Shown piece by piece: positions 27,138-36,289 of a DNA stretch of 64,000 nucleotides; positions within the stretch are counted from its first letter, which is position 1, and every line of letters starts with the position of its first letter. The notes under the pieces are model-generated. The model was given only the letters and a program-made list of their open reading frames with translations, did not search any database and had not been told where the DNA came from. This stretch comes from Clostridia bacterium (lineage in GTDB: Bacteria; Bacillota; Clostridia; TANB77; CAG-508), in contig JAGBEP010000019.1 of assembly GCA_017936925.1 (NCBI GenBank), forward strand, positions 64,508-128,507, written 5' to 3'. The position numbers and the translations under genes were made by a program.

Positions 27138-27716
27138 TTATGTCAAATCTTTTTTCTGTCCTTGTGCACAGTTTCCTCCTATTCCATTATAATTACTTCT
27201 TAAGTATGGCTTTAGATCTTCTATTGTTATATTTTTTTTATAACTTGTCATTGCAACTTTGCTAGCTATTATTAATGGATCTCTATACTCGATCATTATT
27301 CTAGCTGGTGAGGATGCAAAATTAGCACCTTCTATCATTATTGCTTCGTAAAAACTTTCACATGCACCTGCAAAGATTACTAACTTTTTTTCTGACTTTT
27401 CCCATCTTCGTGCATTTTTTACTACTTGCATAAAATATTTTGAATTTTTATAGTTTTCTATGTTATATAAATCTTGTCCTTTTTTATACATTTTATCATG
27501 TCCTGTTGATATCAATATGTTTGGTTTATAATATTCTAATAATGATATAACCTCTTGTGCTTGGTTTTTTTCTTGAATATTTTTTACAATTGCTTTTAGA
27601 TTTAAATTGTTATAATAATTTATTGCTCTTTTTGCATATTTTTTATCTCCATCTAAATGTAAGATTATTGCTGTACTTATTTTATTTCTATTTCTTTTAT
27701 AGCTTTCTGTAAACAT
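27138..27716 (-). CDS. yabG: sporulation-specific protease YabG (peptidase U57), short form
   Basis: ILHLDGD...ISTGHD...VIFAGACESFYEAI...ASSPARIMI motifs. Neighbour of veg, as in Bacillus and Clostridioides. Confidence 0.75.
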   Translation of the reverse strand: MFTESYKRNRNKISTAIILHLDGDKKYAKRAINYYNNLNLKAIVKNIQEKNQAQEVISLLEYYKPNILISTGHDKMYKKGQDLYNIENYKNSKYFMQVVKNARRWEKSEKKLVIFAGACESFYEAIMIEGANFASSPARIMIEYRDPLIIASKVAMTSYKKNITIEDLKPYLRSNYNGIGGNCAQGQKKDLT

Positions 27717-27802
27717 ATTTTATCACCTATGATAAAATATGTTTTTTCTTTTAGTAATGTGAACTAAATAAAAAAAAGAAAAAGAAATATTCTTTTTCTT
27801 TT

Positions 27803-28249
27803 TTACTCTTGTTCAGTTACTTTTATAGATCCTGGTCCTACTTCTATAGTTAATATAAATCCATTTTCTGTGATTTCTGTTTGAACTGTTGTTAATTCTT
27901 TGTCTGGGCATGCAATTTGCCTTTTATTAGAATCTTGCATTTCCATTTCTATATAATTTCCACTATCTTTTATTGCGTCTATGTATGTTTTTACTGTTTG
28001 TTCTTTATCAGCATCTTCAAATGTTAATGTTAATATTTCTGTGGTATTTTTATCATATGAATAATCTTTTATTTTTTTCTCACCAACTATTGATTTAATA
28101 GATGCTATTTTTACGTCTTTTACTTCATACTCATCAGCTGATGTGTATTTGTTAATTTTTACTGTTTTTATTCCAAAATATACTCCTATAGCTATTAGTA
28201 CTGCTATTAATATTATTACTATAAGTATAATTATTTTATTCTTTTTCAT
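27803..28249 (-). CDS. hypothetical membrane-anchored protein
   Basis: N-terminal TM KIIILIVIILIAVLIAIGVYF, then a 115-aa acidic ectodomain. Confidence 0.5.
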   Translation of the reverse strand: MKKNKIIILIVIILIAVLIAIGVYFGIKTVKINKYTSADEYEVKDVKIASIKSIVGEKKIKDYSYDKNTTEILTLTFEDADKEQTVKTYIDAIKDSGNYIEMEMQDSNKRQIACPDKELTTVQTEITENGFILTIEVGPGSIKVTEQE

Positions 28250-28320
28250 TTTTTTCTCCTTTGTATCTTGTATATATTTATTTTAGCTTTAATTACTATA
28301 AAAAGTCAATATTTTACTAA

Positions 28321-28575
28321 TTATATTTTCATTTTTTCATACTTCTTTTTAGTGGCAAGCCCTCCTCGTATATGTCTTTCTGCTTTATTTTCATCTAGTA
28401 TTTTTCTTACTTCTAGATACAGAGCTTTATTTATTTTTTCTAGTCGTTGACTTACATCTTTATGTATCGTACTTTTGCTTACCCCAAATTTTTTTGCGCT
28501 TCCTCTAACAGTATCTTTTGAATCTATTATATAATGAGCAACTTCTATCACTCTTTCTTCTATTCTTTTTCTCAT
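28321..28575 (-). CDS. spoIIID: sporulation transcriptional regulator SpoIIID
   Basis: RIEERVIEVAHYIIDSKDTVRGSAKKFGVSKSTIHKDV...HIRGGLATKKKY. The start is moved to the second ATG, which follows a GGAGGG RBS. Confidence 0.9.
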   Translation of the reverse strand: MRKRIEERVIEVAHYIIDSKDTVRGSAKKFGVSKSTIHKDVSQRLEKINKALYLEVRKILDENKAERHIRGGLATKKKYEKMKI

Positions 28576-28640
28576 AAAGAAACCCTCCATTTACGAATAC
28601 TTTGTTTAATAGTATTCTTCGAGGGCTTTTCTTAGAACTC

Positions 28641-29681
28641 TTAGTTATTTTCTAAAACTGATTTATTTATATCTGCTATTAAATTTTCAGCATTATTTAT
28701 ATCTTTTGTAAATACTCCTATCAAATAGGTTGTATCTGCATACACAATGCCAAAATCATGCACATTTCCTTCAAAGCTTCCATATTTGTGTGCTATTTCA
28801 TAGTTTGTAACTTTCTTCTTTAAATATCCTCCACCTGATGATTTCTTCATTAATGATATTAGTTCTTGATATTTATCTTGATTCTCATATAGTCTTTTTA
28901 GCACATCATATGAGTACTTTGCTGTTGTTACATTATCTGTATTGAATTGTTCTATTAAATTTTCTTTTGTATATTGTTTGATTAATATTCTATATGCAGT
29001 TTCTCCGCCTAGACCTGTTTTTAATATATTTGTAGCTGTATTGTCACTATTTACTATCATTTCTTTTAATAAAAATGATAATGGAATATAGTCACCTGCT
29101 TTGTATGTTGAACTAGTATTTCCTGCTCCCGCTTCATAATTTTCTGATTTATATTGTAAAGTAGATTCTAATGTTAAATCTTTGTTGTTTATTTTATCAT
29201 AATATACCATTGCTAGAGGCACCTTTATGGTACTTGCAGCTGTGAAATATGTATATTCATTGTAGAAGTAATATTCATTTTTTTCTACATTATAATAAAA
29301 GAAGGCAAAATTAGTACTATTTAGTCCTTCATTATTTATATAGTTTTCAATAACTTCTTTTATTTTTGCAGACTCAATTTCTTTTTTCTCTTCTATTATA
29401 TTTTCTTGAGTTGCTGTGTTTGTAGCTATTTCATTTTTGTTTTCTTCTACTATATTTTCAACAGTAGTGTTTTGTAAAGTATTTTCTTCAGTGCTACTTA
29501 CTGTTTCTTTTATTTCTTCTGGAATATTATTAGCTTTTACTTTTTTTTCTGAAAATCGTATAAAGCTTATATTTATAATTATTATACTAGCTACTATTAA
29601 TGATATTATATTTCGTAATTTTCTTTTTCTTTTTTTGGCATTTTTTAATTTATTTAATCTATTTTTATTTATATGTTTCAA
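28641..29681 (-). CDS. membrane-anchored serine hydrolase, class A beta-lactamase-like fold
   Basis: SxxK (ASTIK), SDN (VNSDNTATN) and an HKYG (KTG-like) motif. N-terminal TM. Confidence 0.65.
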   Translation of the reverse strand: MKHINKNRLNKLKNAKKRKRKLRNIISLIVASIIIINISFIRFSEKKVKANNIPEEIKETVSSTEENTLQNTTVENIVEENKNEIATNTATQENIIEEKKEIESAKIKEVIENYINNEGLNSTNFAFFYYNVEKNEYYFYNEYTYFTAASTIKVPLAMVYYDKINNKDLTLESTLQYKSENYEAGAGNTSSTYKAGDYIPLSFLLKEMIVNSDNTATNILKTGLGGETAYRILIKQYTKENLIEQFNTDNVTTAKYSYDVLKRLYENQDKYQELISLMKKSSGGGYLKKKVTNYEIAHKYGSFEGNVHDFGIVYADTTYLIGVFTKDINNAENLIADINKSVLENN

Positions 29682-29733
29682 CTTTGATTATCTCCAATTT
29701 TTAGGATTAAGAAAGATATGCAAAAGGCATATC

Positions 29734-30372
29734 TTATTTTATTACTATTCCCATCAACTTTGATAGCTCTATTGCTTGAAAGTTGTTAACTATTGCTCCT
29801 TCTATATCTTGTAAGCTTGTTACAATTCCATTTATTTCACATGTTGATAAATCTATTGATTTTAATCGTGTTTTAAAAAATTGAGCTTGAGTTAGTTCTG
29901 AATTTTCAAAATATATGTGTTTTACTTTACATTCTGAAAAACTAGTATTAGATAAGTTGCATTTTTCAAAAATTACTTCTTCTAAATTTGTATTTGAGAA
30001 ATTAGCATACTTATAACTTGTATCTGTAGTAGAGAAATGATACACTCTAGAATCTGTAAAATTGCATCCAACAAATTTACTATTTTTTATTTCAACTCTT
30101 ATAAAACTTCCTTCCATAAATAAGCAATTTGAAAAATCACAATTTTCAAATATTACATCATGAAATACTGATTTTTCAAAACTTCCTGAAATTTTGCAAT
30201 CTTTAAAAATACATTTTTCAAACTCAACTTCTTCAGCATTAAAGTCAATTTCTTCTAATTTTGTTATTTTTTTATTTTCAATTATAATTCCTTCTTGTTT
30301 ATATTCGTCTATTGCTTGATGGATATTTTTTTCTTCTGTAAGTTCTCCTATTATCGGTCTGTATATATTCAC
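29734..30372 (-). CDS. pentapeptide repeat protein
   Basis: Long run of A(D/N)LxX-type pentads (FENCDFSNCLFMEGSFIRVEIKNSKFVGCNFTDSR...). Confidence 0.8.
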   Translation of the reverse strand: MNIYRPIIGELTEEKNIHQAIDEYKQEGIIIENKKITKLEEIDFNAEEVEFEKCIFKDCKISGSFEKSVFHDVIFENCDFSNCLFMEGSFIRVEIKNSKFVGCNFTDSRVYHFSTTDTSYKYANFSNTNLEEVIFEKCNLSNTSFSECKVKHIYFENSELTQAQFFKTRLKSIDLSTCEINGIVTSLQDIEGAIVNNFQAIELSKLMGIVIK

Positions 30373-30521
30373 TCTTACATCCCCTTAACTTTTTTGGAAT
30401 TTAATTTGATTTTATTAATATATTTATTATATTATATTTTTTTTAATTAGTCTTTATTTTTCTTGATTTTTTTTATTTTTATTTGTATGATTTTGTTAAG
30501 TTTTACTTTGGAGGAGTATTT

Positions 30522-31601
30522 ATGAAATATAAAAAAATTATAATTTTGTGTTTAGTATTTTTTAGTTTACTTTTCACAGTTTCATTTGCTTATGATGAAG
30601 ATGATAAAACTGCTGAAATAGATGTTTCTACAATAGCTGAAAATTTTAATAAAAGTTCTTATGTATCAAAATTATCTTCAATTGGTATTAATGTTTCAGC
30701 TGTTCAAACTGCTAATTCAATTATTTTACGTTATAATGGTTCTGATGTTGTTACTTATAACTATGATGAGTCTCAAAATCTTCTTGTAACTTATTATCCT
30801 TGTTCAATGCGTGATACTGCTGATATTGTGAATGCTATATTTGTTGATACTATTTCAACAATGCAAGGGAATGAAGAAGGTAGACAAATTTCTTTTGCTC
30901 TAGATGATACTTTTTGTTTTTCTTCAGTTAGAGATTCAGGTATTGAGAAAACTTATATTAGTGATGAAGATGGCAGCCTTAAAATTAAATTTCAGATAAA
31001 TCCATTTATAACCTTGTCTATCAATGATACTTCTTCTGCTATTGCTGACACTTCTTATTTAACTGAATATGATACTTTTTATACTACAGATGATTGTATT
31101 GTAAAAAGTGAAGATTTAATCTTTTATAAAACTTATAATGATAATGGTTTATTAGAAATATATATTGGTCAAGCTGATGAATTAGATGATTTTTCATATG
31201 AATCTTTACTGAATGCTGTTTCTATAATTTTTGGAGATGGTACTTCTTATAGTGATAAAGCTATAGCATATTTTACTAAAAACTATAACGGTTTTTCTTC
31301 TGGTAATACAGAATTTAATGGTGTTGCTATTGATACTTCTATTGAAGTATTACCGGTGAATAATGTTGATACTATTATGATTTCACCAAATATGAAATAT
31401 GTTAAAGTAACTATTGATGAGAAAAAAGTTAAAGAAGAATTATCAAATGTTATTATTGATGATGATTCTAATACTAATTCTTCAAAATCTTCTAATAATA
31501 GATATTCTGCTCCTATGATTTTTTCTATAGTTATTATTGGTATGGTTATAATTATTATGCTTATTGGAATTTTACATCGTAGAAATCAGTCTTTAGATTA
31601 A
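30522..31601 (+). CDS. hypothetical secreted protein with C-terminal TM anchor
   Basis: Start moved to MKYKKIIILCLVFFSLLFTVSFA after a GGAGGAG RBS. C-terminal TM and RRNQ stop-transfer. Confidence 0.55.
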   Translation: MKYKKIIILCLVFFSLLFTVSFAYDEDDKTAEIDVSTIAENFNKSSYVSKLSSIGINVSAVQTANSIILRYNGSDVVTYNYDESQNLLVTYYPCSMRDTADIVNAIFVDTISTMQGNEEGRQISFALDDTFCFSSVRDSGIEKTYISDEDGSLKIKFQINPFITLSINDTSSAIADTSYLTEYDTFYTTDDCIVKSEDLIFYKTYNDNGLLEIYIGQADELDDFSYESLLNAVSIIFGDGTSYSDKAIAYFTKNYNGFSSGNTEFNGVAIDTSIEVLPVNNVDTIMISPNMKYVKVTIDEKKVKEELSNVIIDDDSNTNSSKSSNNRYSAPMIFSIVIIGMVIIIMLIGILHRRNQSLD

Positions 31602-31690
31602 AAAAAAGCAGAGATTTTGGAATTGTTCTTTACTTACTAATAGTATAGACATATTTCTATTTTCTCTGCTTTTATAAATTTTATTTTTTC

Positions 31691-33457
31691 TTATATTAAT
31701 TTTTTAAACTCTTCTAAATCTTGTTTAAAGTTTTGAAATGCTTCTTGATATAATTTTTCATCTAATGGATCTACACCTGCTGTTTTTAATAGTTCTACAG
31801 GGCTTTTCGTTGAACCTGATTTCAAAAATTTTAAATAGTTTTCAATTTGATTTTTTTCTCCTTCAAATACTCTCTTGGCTATTACTGATGATACGCACAT
31901 TCCTACTGTATATTTATAAACATAGTAATTATAATAAAAATGTGGTACTCCATAACATGTGTATTTTGTTAATTCGTGAAGTTTTACTTTTCCGCCATAG
32001 TATTCTTCTGACATTTTTTCGTATAAGTCTGTTATTGTTTGATTTGATAAACCTTCATTGTTTGCTACTTTTTTATGCAATTCATTTTCAAATTCTGCAA
32101 AGAATGGTTGTCTATAGCAACATCCAATAAATTCGTCTAACTTTTTGAAATATAAATATTTCTTTTCTTCTTCGTTTTTACAATTTTTTATTAATAATTG
32201 CATTAATAAATTTTCATTTACTGTTGATGCTACTTCTGCTACAAATATTTTATAATCACTTGTTATATAATCTTGATTATGGTTTGATAAATAGGTGTGT
32301 GCAGAATGTCCTAGCTCATGTATTAGAGTAAAAATTGATTCTAAGTCTCCTATAAAGCTTGTTAAGATGTATGGATTTGTATCATAGCATCCTGATGAAT
32401 ACGCTCCATGTCTTTTTCCTTCATGTGGCATATAGTCTATCCATCGTTCTTCTTTTGCTTTTTTCATAATTTCAGTATATTCTGGTCCAAAATTTTTGGT
32501 TGCTTCATAAATTAATTCAAAAGCATCGTCTAATGTATATTTTTTAGATGGCTCTTTTATTACGGGATATCTTAAATCGTATACATCTAGTTTTTCTTTA
32601 TTCATCAACTTTTTCATAACATCTAAGTAGTCTAAATAATATTGATGATAAGTTTTATTTGCTGTTTCTAGTACTTTATAAAATAAGTCTTCTCCTACTT
32701 CATCTCCAAAAACACTTGCTTCTAATGGAGTTTTAAATTTTCTTATTTTGCTGTAAAACACATCTTTTTTCATAGTTCCTTCTAATGTTGATGCATATAC
32801 ATTAGCCATTTTTTTATATTCTATGTTTAGTTTTTCATATGCTTGTTTTCTTATTTCTTCGTTTGGATTTTTGTAAAATTCTTTTACTGTTTCTTCATTT
32901 AGAAAATGTTCTTTTCCATCAATTATTACAGATTCAAATTTTGGTCTTATATTGCTATATGTTTTATATATTGAATCCATTACTCCACTTGCCATTGTTA
33001 GAACTTCTTCTGTTTCGTCACTTAATATATGTGGTTTTGTTCTTAAAATATTTTTTATCATATTGGTATATTTCTTGCAGTTTTTATCTTCTAATATTTT
33101 ATTTACCTTTTCCTCATTTTTTAATATTTCTAAGTCAATGAATACCGATTTATTTGCTATTTTTTCTGATAAGCCTAATACATTAGCATTTAATTCTTGT
33201 AATCTAGAGTTTTCGGGTTCTACATCTATAGCAAGATGTGTGTATGTGTACATTTTTTCTAATTTTCTATTTATTTTTTCTAGCAACTCCATAAACTCTA
33301 TGAATATTTTAGAGCTTTCTAAAAATTTCCCTTTATATTGTTCAATTTTAGGGAAATTGTCTTTTACATCTTGAAAATCTCTTTGGAACTCGTTTTCTGC
33401 TTTGTATATTGTTGATAAGTCCCATTTGTATTTTTCTTCAATTTCACTTCTTTTCAT
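31691..33457 (-). CDS. pepF: oligoendopeptidase F (M3B)
   Basis: 588 aa, HELGHSAH zinc motif, typical PepF N-terminus KWDLSTIYK. Confidence 0.9.
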   Translation of the reverse strand: MKRSEIEEKYKWDLSTIYKAENEFQRDFQDVKDNFPKIEQYKGKFLESSKIFIEFMELLEKINRKLEKMYTYTHLAIDVEPENSRLQELNANVLGLSEKIANKSVFIDLEILKNEEKVNKILEDKNCKKYTNMIKNILRTKPHILSDETEEVLTMASGVMDSIYKTYSNIRPKFESVIIDGKEHFLNEETVKEFYKNPNEEIRKQAYEKLNIEYKKMANVYASTLEGTMKKDVFYSKIRKFKTPLEASVFGDEVGEDLFYKVLETANKTYHQYYLDYLDVMKKLMNKEKLDVYDLRYPVIKEPSKKYTLDDAFELIYEATKNFGPEYTEIMKKAKEERWIDYMPHEGKRHGAYSSGCYDTNPYILTSFIGDLESIFTLIHELGHSAHTYLSNHNQDYITSDYKIFVAEVASTVNENLLMQLLIKNCKNEEEKKYLYFKKLDEFIGCCYRQPFFAEFENELHKKVANNEGLSNQTITDLYEKMSEEYYGGKVKLHELTKYTCYGVPHFYYNYYVYKYTVGMCVSSVIAKRVFEGEKNQIENYLKFLKSGSTKSPVELLKTAGVDPLDEKLYQEAFQNFKQDLEEFKKLI

Positions 33458-33607
33458 TTTTGCCTCCTTGATTTTGTATATTTTATCTTTTGCATTTTAT
33501 CACAAACTCTGTTTTTATTGTAGATTTTTAAAATATTATTATTCATTTTTTCATACTTTTTTATTTTTAGAATATGTTTTTAATAAATAAACTTTCGGGA
33601 GGTTTTT

Positions 33608-33751
33608 ATGGAAGAATTTCAAGATGCTTTTAATCCAGCTAGCCAATATGAACAAGGATATTTGTATTATAAATTTTTAACTCAACAGGTTGAATATAAG
33701 ATTAAATGTAAAGAATTAGAAAGACTTACGAAAAATCCTAATATAAATTAA
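33608..33751 (+). CDS. 47-aa hypothetical protein
   Basis: GGGAGG RBS 5 nt upstream. MEEFQDAFNPASQYEQGYLYYKFLTQQVEYKIKCKELERLTKNPNIN. Hairpin at 33774-33801 downstream. Confidence 0.35.
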   Translation: MEEFQDAFNPASQYEQGYLYYKFLTQQVEYKIKCKELERLTKNPNIN

Positions 33752-33812
33752 TTTGTCTAACTAATATAAAATAGAGTGAGAATTGTTTCTTTCTCACTCT
33801 ACTTTATATTAG

Positions 33813-35771
33813 TTAATCTAGTTCTAATTGTTGTTCTTGTTCTAGTGTTTCTAGATTATATGTTGTTATTTTGTCTGTTGATAATACATATAGTGTTTGC
33901 TCTATATAAATTGCTCTTTTTATTTTATTGTAATAAATTTCCTCGTCTTTTTCTTTTAGCGATCCGTATTTTTCGAAACCTTTTTCTAAATCTATTTTGA
34001 ATATTTCGAATTTACTACTATATGTGTAGTTAGATGCATTATCATCAGAATATTCTACAGGGAATCCAATTAAGTTTTTGTCTTTACTATAAAATAAAGC
34101 TTTATGATTTGATGTTATTTCAGAATATGTATGTCCTTTTCCTATATCTATACTAAATAATTCTTTTGGATTTTGTATATCTGATATATCAAACATTGAC
34201 ATTTTCATGTTATCATTTACTATTCCGCCATATCCATTTGATTTTGTATTATATCCGATTCCTATTATGTGTGTTTCGTCATATGGGTGTAAGTATGAAC
34301 TGTATCCTGGTATTTTTAGTTCTCCTTTTACTTTTGGATTTTTAGGATTTGATAAATCTATCACAAATAAAGGATCGATTTGCTCAAATGTCACTATATA
34401 TCCCATTTTTCCTATAAATCTTACTGAATAAATTGTTTCTCCTTTTGCAAGATTTTCTATTTTTCCTATTTGTTCTAAATTTTCATTTAATATATATAGT
34501 TGGTTTTCTGCACTGCTATCATATCCATTTGTTGTTGCAATTCTTAAATTTCCTTCATATTCGTCCATTGAAAATTGGTCATTTAAACTTCCAGAAACTT
34601 CTGCTTTAGCTTGTAAGGTTATTTGTGAATTTTCTAAATTGAATTTATAAATAGTAGTCGTTACTTTTTCGCTTATTAATAAGTATTTATATTGAGTTTG
34701 TGTTATATATAAATTTTCTTTGCTTGAATATACCGTATCACTTGCTCCAAAAAATGTTTCTGTTTGAACTTCTTTTTTATCATTTATATTAAATCCTGCT
34801 ACTATCATAAATGAATTATTATCTGTTTCTTGGAAATATGCTATTTCTGTGCAATCTATAATTTTTTCTTCATTCGCTGAATCTTTTACTTTTGGTAATA
34901 TTTGTTCGTCTGCCATTTCATCTATGTAATAAGCATAAACTCGTTTTGAACTTATTAAATAAATGTTATCGTTAATCATTCTAGATGTATCATATGCTCC
35001 GTCTATTGTAATTTCTCTTTCTTTTGAAGGTTTTTCTTTGTTAGAAATGTCATATATTATTGCTTTAGTGTAGTTTTCAGTCATACGATATGCATAATCA
35101 TATAATACTTCATTTTCTTCATAATTTTCTTGTTGAGTATTATATTCATATCCTGTTCCTAATACTATAAGTTTATTTTCATTTATATATAATTCGCTTG
35201 GGTAAAATGCATTATTAGTAGCGTTATACTCTATAGTGCTTAATATTTTTAATTTTTTTGCATCAATTATATATATTTTTTGTTCTGTAATATAATAAAT
35301 ATTTTTTCCATCTGTTTTTACTATATCTGCTTCATCTACACCTTCAACCTGTATATTGGTTTTTGAATATGTTGTTGATTCTTCTTTTGTAGTTTCTGAA
35401 CTAGCATTATCTGTCATTACATCTACTGAAGCTGATATATTATAGTATTCCATTTGGTTTTCTTCTATTGCATTTTTTAATTCTTCCATACTTTCAAATC
35501 TTGGTAGATCATTTTCAATTTGTGCTATTGTTTTTTCTTGGTTTGGCATTTCTTTGTTTTCTGTTGGTGGATTTTTGTAATTTAGGTATAGCGCCCCTAA
35601 GGAAAAACATAATGCAAATACAGCACATGCTGCTAAGTATTTCATAAATACTGGTTTTTTAACTTTTGGTTTTAGTGAAGCTTTTTTGAATGTATTTTCT
35701 TTTAATTCTTCGCTTGGGTAAATTTGATCTAGTGCTTTTTTGTAATTTTCTTTATTTTTATTCATCTTCAA
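33813..35771 (-). CDS. anti-sigma-like membrane protein with extracellular beta-propeller domain
   Basis: Short cytoplasmic N-terminus, TM at YLAACAVFALCF. TNIQVEGVDEADIVKTDGKNIYY is typical of the Firmicute beta-propeller domain family. Overlaps the sigma factor gene by 14 nt. Confidence 0.7.
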   Translation of the reverse strand: MKMNKNKENYKKALDQIYPSEELKENTFKKASLKPKVKKPVFMKYLAACAVFALCFSLGALYLNYKNPPTENKEMPNQEKTIAQIENDLPRFESMEELKNAIEENQMEYYNISASVDVMTDNASSETTKEESTTYSKTNIQVEGVDEADIVKTDGKNIYYITEQKIYIIDAKKLKILSTIEYNATNNAFYPSELYINENKLIVLGTGYEYNTQQENYEENEVLYDYAYRMTENYTKAIIYDISNKEKPSKEREITIDGAYDTSRMINDNIYLISSKRVYAYYIDEMADEQILPKVKDSANEEKIIDCTEIAYFQETDNNSFMIVAGFNINDKKEVQTETFFGASDTVYSSKENLYITQTQYKYLLISEKVTTTIYKFNLENSQITLQAKAEVSGSLNDQFSMDEYEGNLRIATTNGYDSSAENQLYILNENLEQIGKIENLAKGETIYSVRFIGKMGYIVTFEQIDPLFVIDLSNPKNPKVKGELKIPGYSSYLHPYDETHIIGIGYNTKSNGYGGIVNDNMKMSMFDISDIQNPKELFSIDIGKGHTYSEITSNHKALFYSKDKNLIGFPVEYSDDNASNYTYSSKFEIFKIDLEKGFEKYGSLKEKDEEIYYNKIKRAIYIEQTLYVLSTDKITTYNLETLEQEQQLELD

Positions 35772-36234
35772 ACCCTCCTTTTATTTTTTCTTTTAAACTT
35801 TCTCTAGCTCTTGATAGCCATGTCTTAATAGTCCCTTCTCTGGTATTCATTATCTTCGATATTTCTTTTACTTTATAGCCTTCATAATAAAATAGATAAA
35901 TTACGGTTTTATAGTTTTGGGGTAATTGATTTACTGCTGAAAAAACATCTTCTTCCTCTTTGTTCTCGAACTTTATGTTTTCTTCTAATGGGATTGTTTT
36001 TCTGTTCCAAGCTTCGTTATGTAGATTTTTAGTTAAATTTATTGTTACTTTTATAAACCATGCTTTTTCATGTTCTTCATTTTCAAAGTTTGGATTTTTT
36101 TGGCTGTATTTTATAAATACTTCTTGAAATATATCTTCAGCATTTTCAATACTTCCGGTTCTTGTTATTGCTATTTTATATACAATATCAGAGTATTTTT
36201 CTATTACGTTCTTTATTTTTTCTGTGTTTGTCAT
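35758..36234 (-). CDS. ECF-type RNA polymerase sigma factor
   Basis: 158 aa. Region 2 (DIFQEVFIKY...WFIKVTIN) and region 4 (YKTVIYLFYYEGYKVKEISKIMNTREGTIKTWLSRARESL). Confidence 0.85.
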   Translation of the reverse strand: MTNTEKIKNVIEKYSDIVYKIAITRTGSIENAEDIFQEVFIKYSQKNPNFENEEHEKAWFIKVTINLTKNLHNEAWNRKTIPLEENIKFENKEEEDVFSAVNQLPQNYKTVIYLFYYEGYKVKEISKIMNTREGTIKTWLSRARESLKEKIKGGFEDE

Positions 36235-36289
36235 TTTCCCCCTCCTATCTATTATAAATACAAATTAACTTGTTATTTGGTTTCAAATT

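Noticed and set aside
31607-31675. Long-loop hairpin (AGCAGAGA ... TCTCTGCT with a 48-nt loop) between the 30522-31601 gene and pepF, considered as a small RNA.
   Set aside because: Only a 7-bp outer stem is evident. It is most simply a weak bidirectional terminator region, and the evidence is too thin to call a feature.
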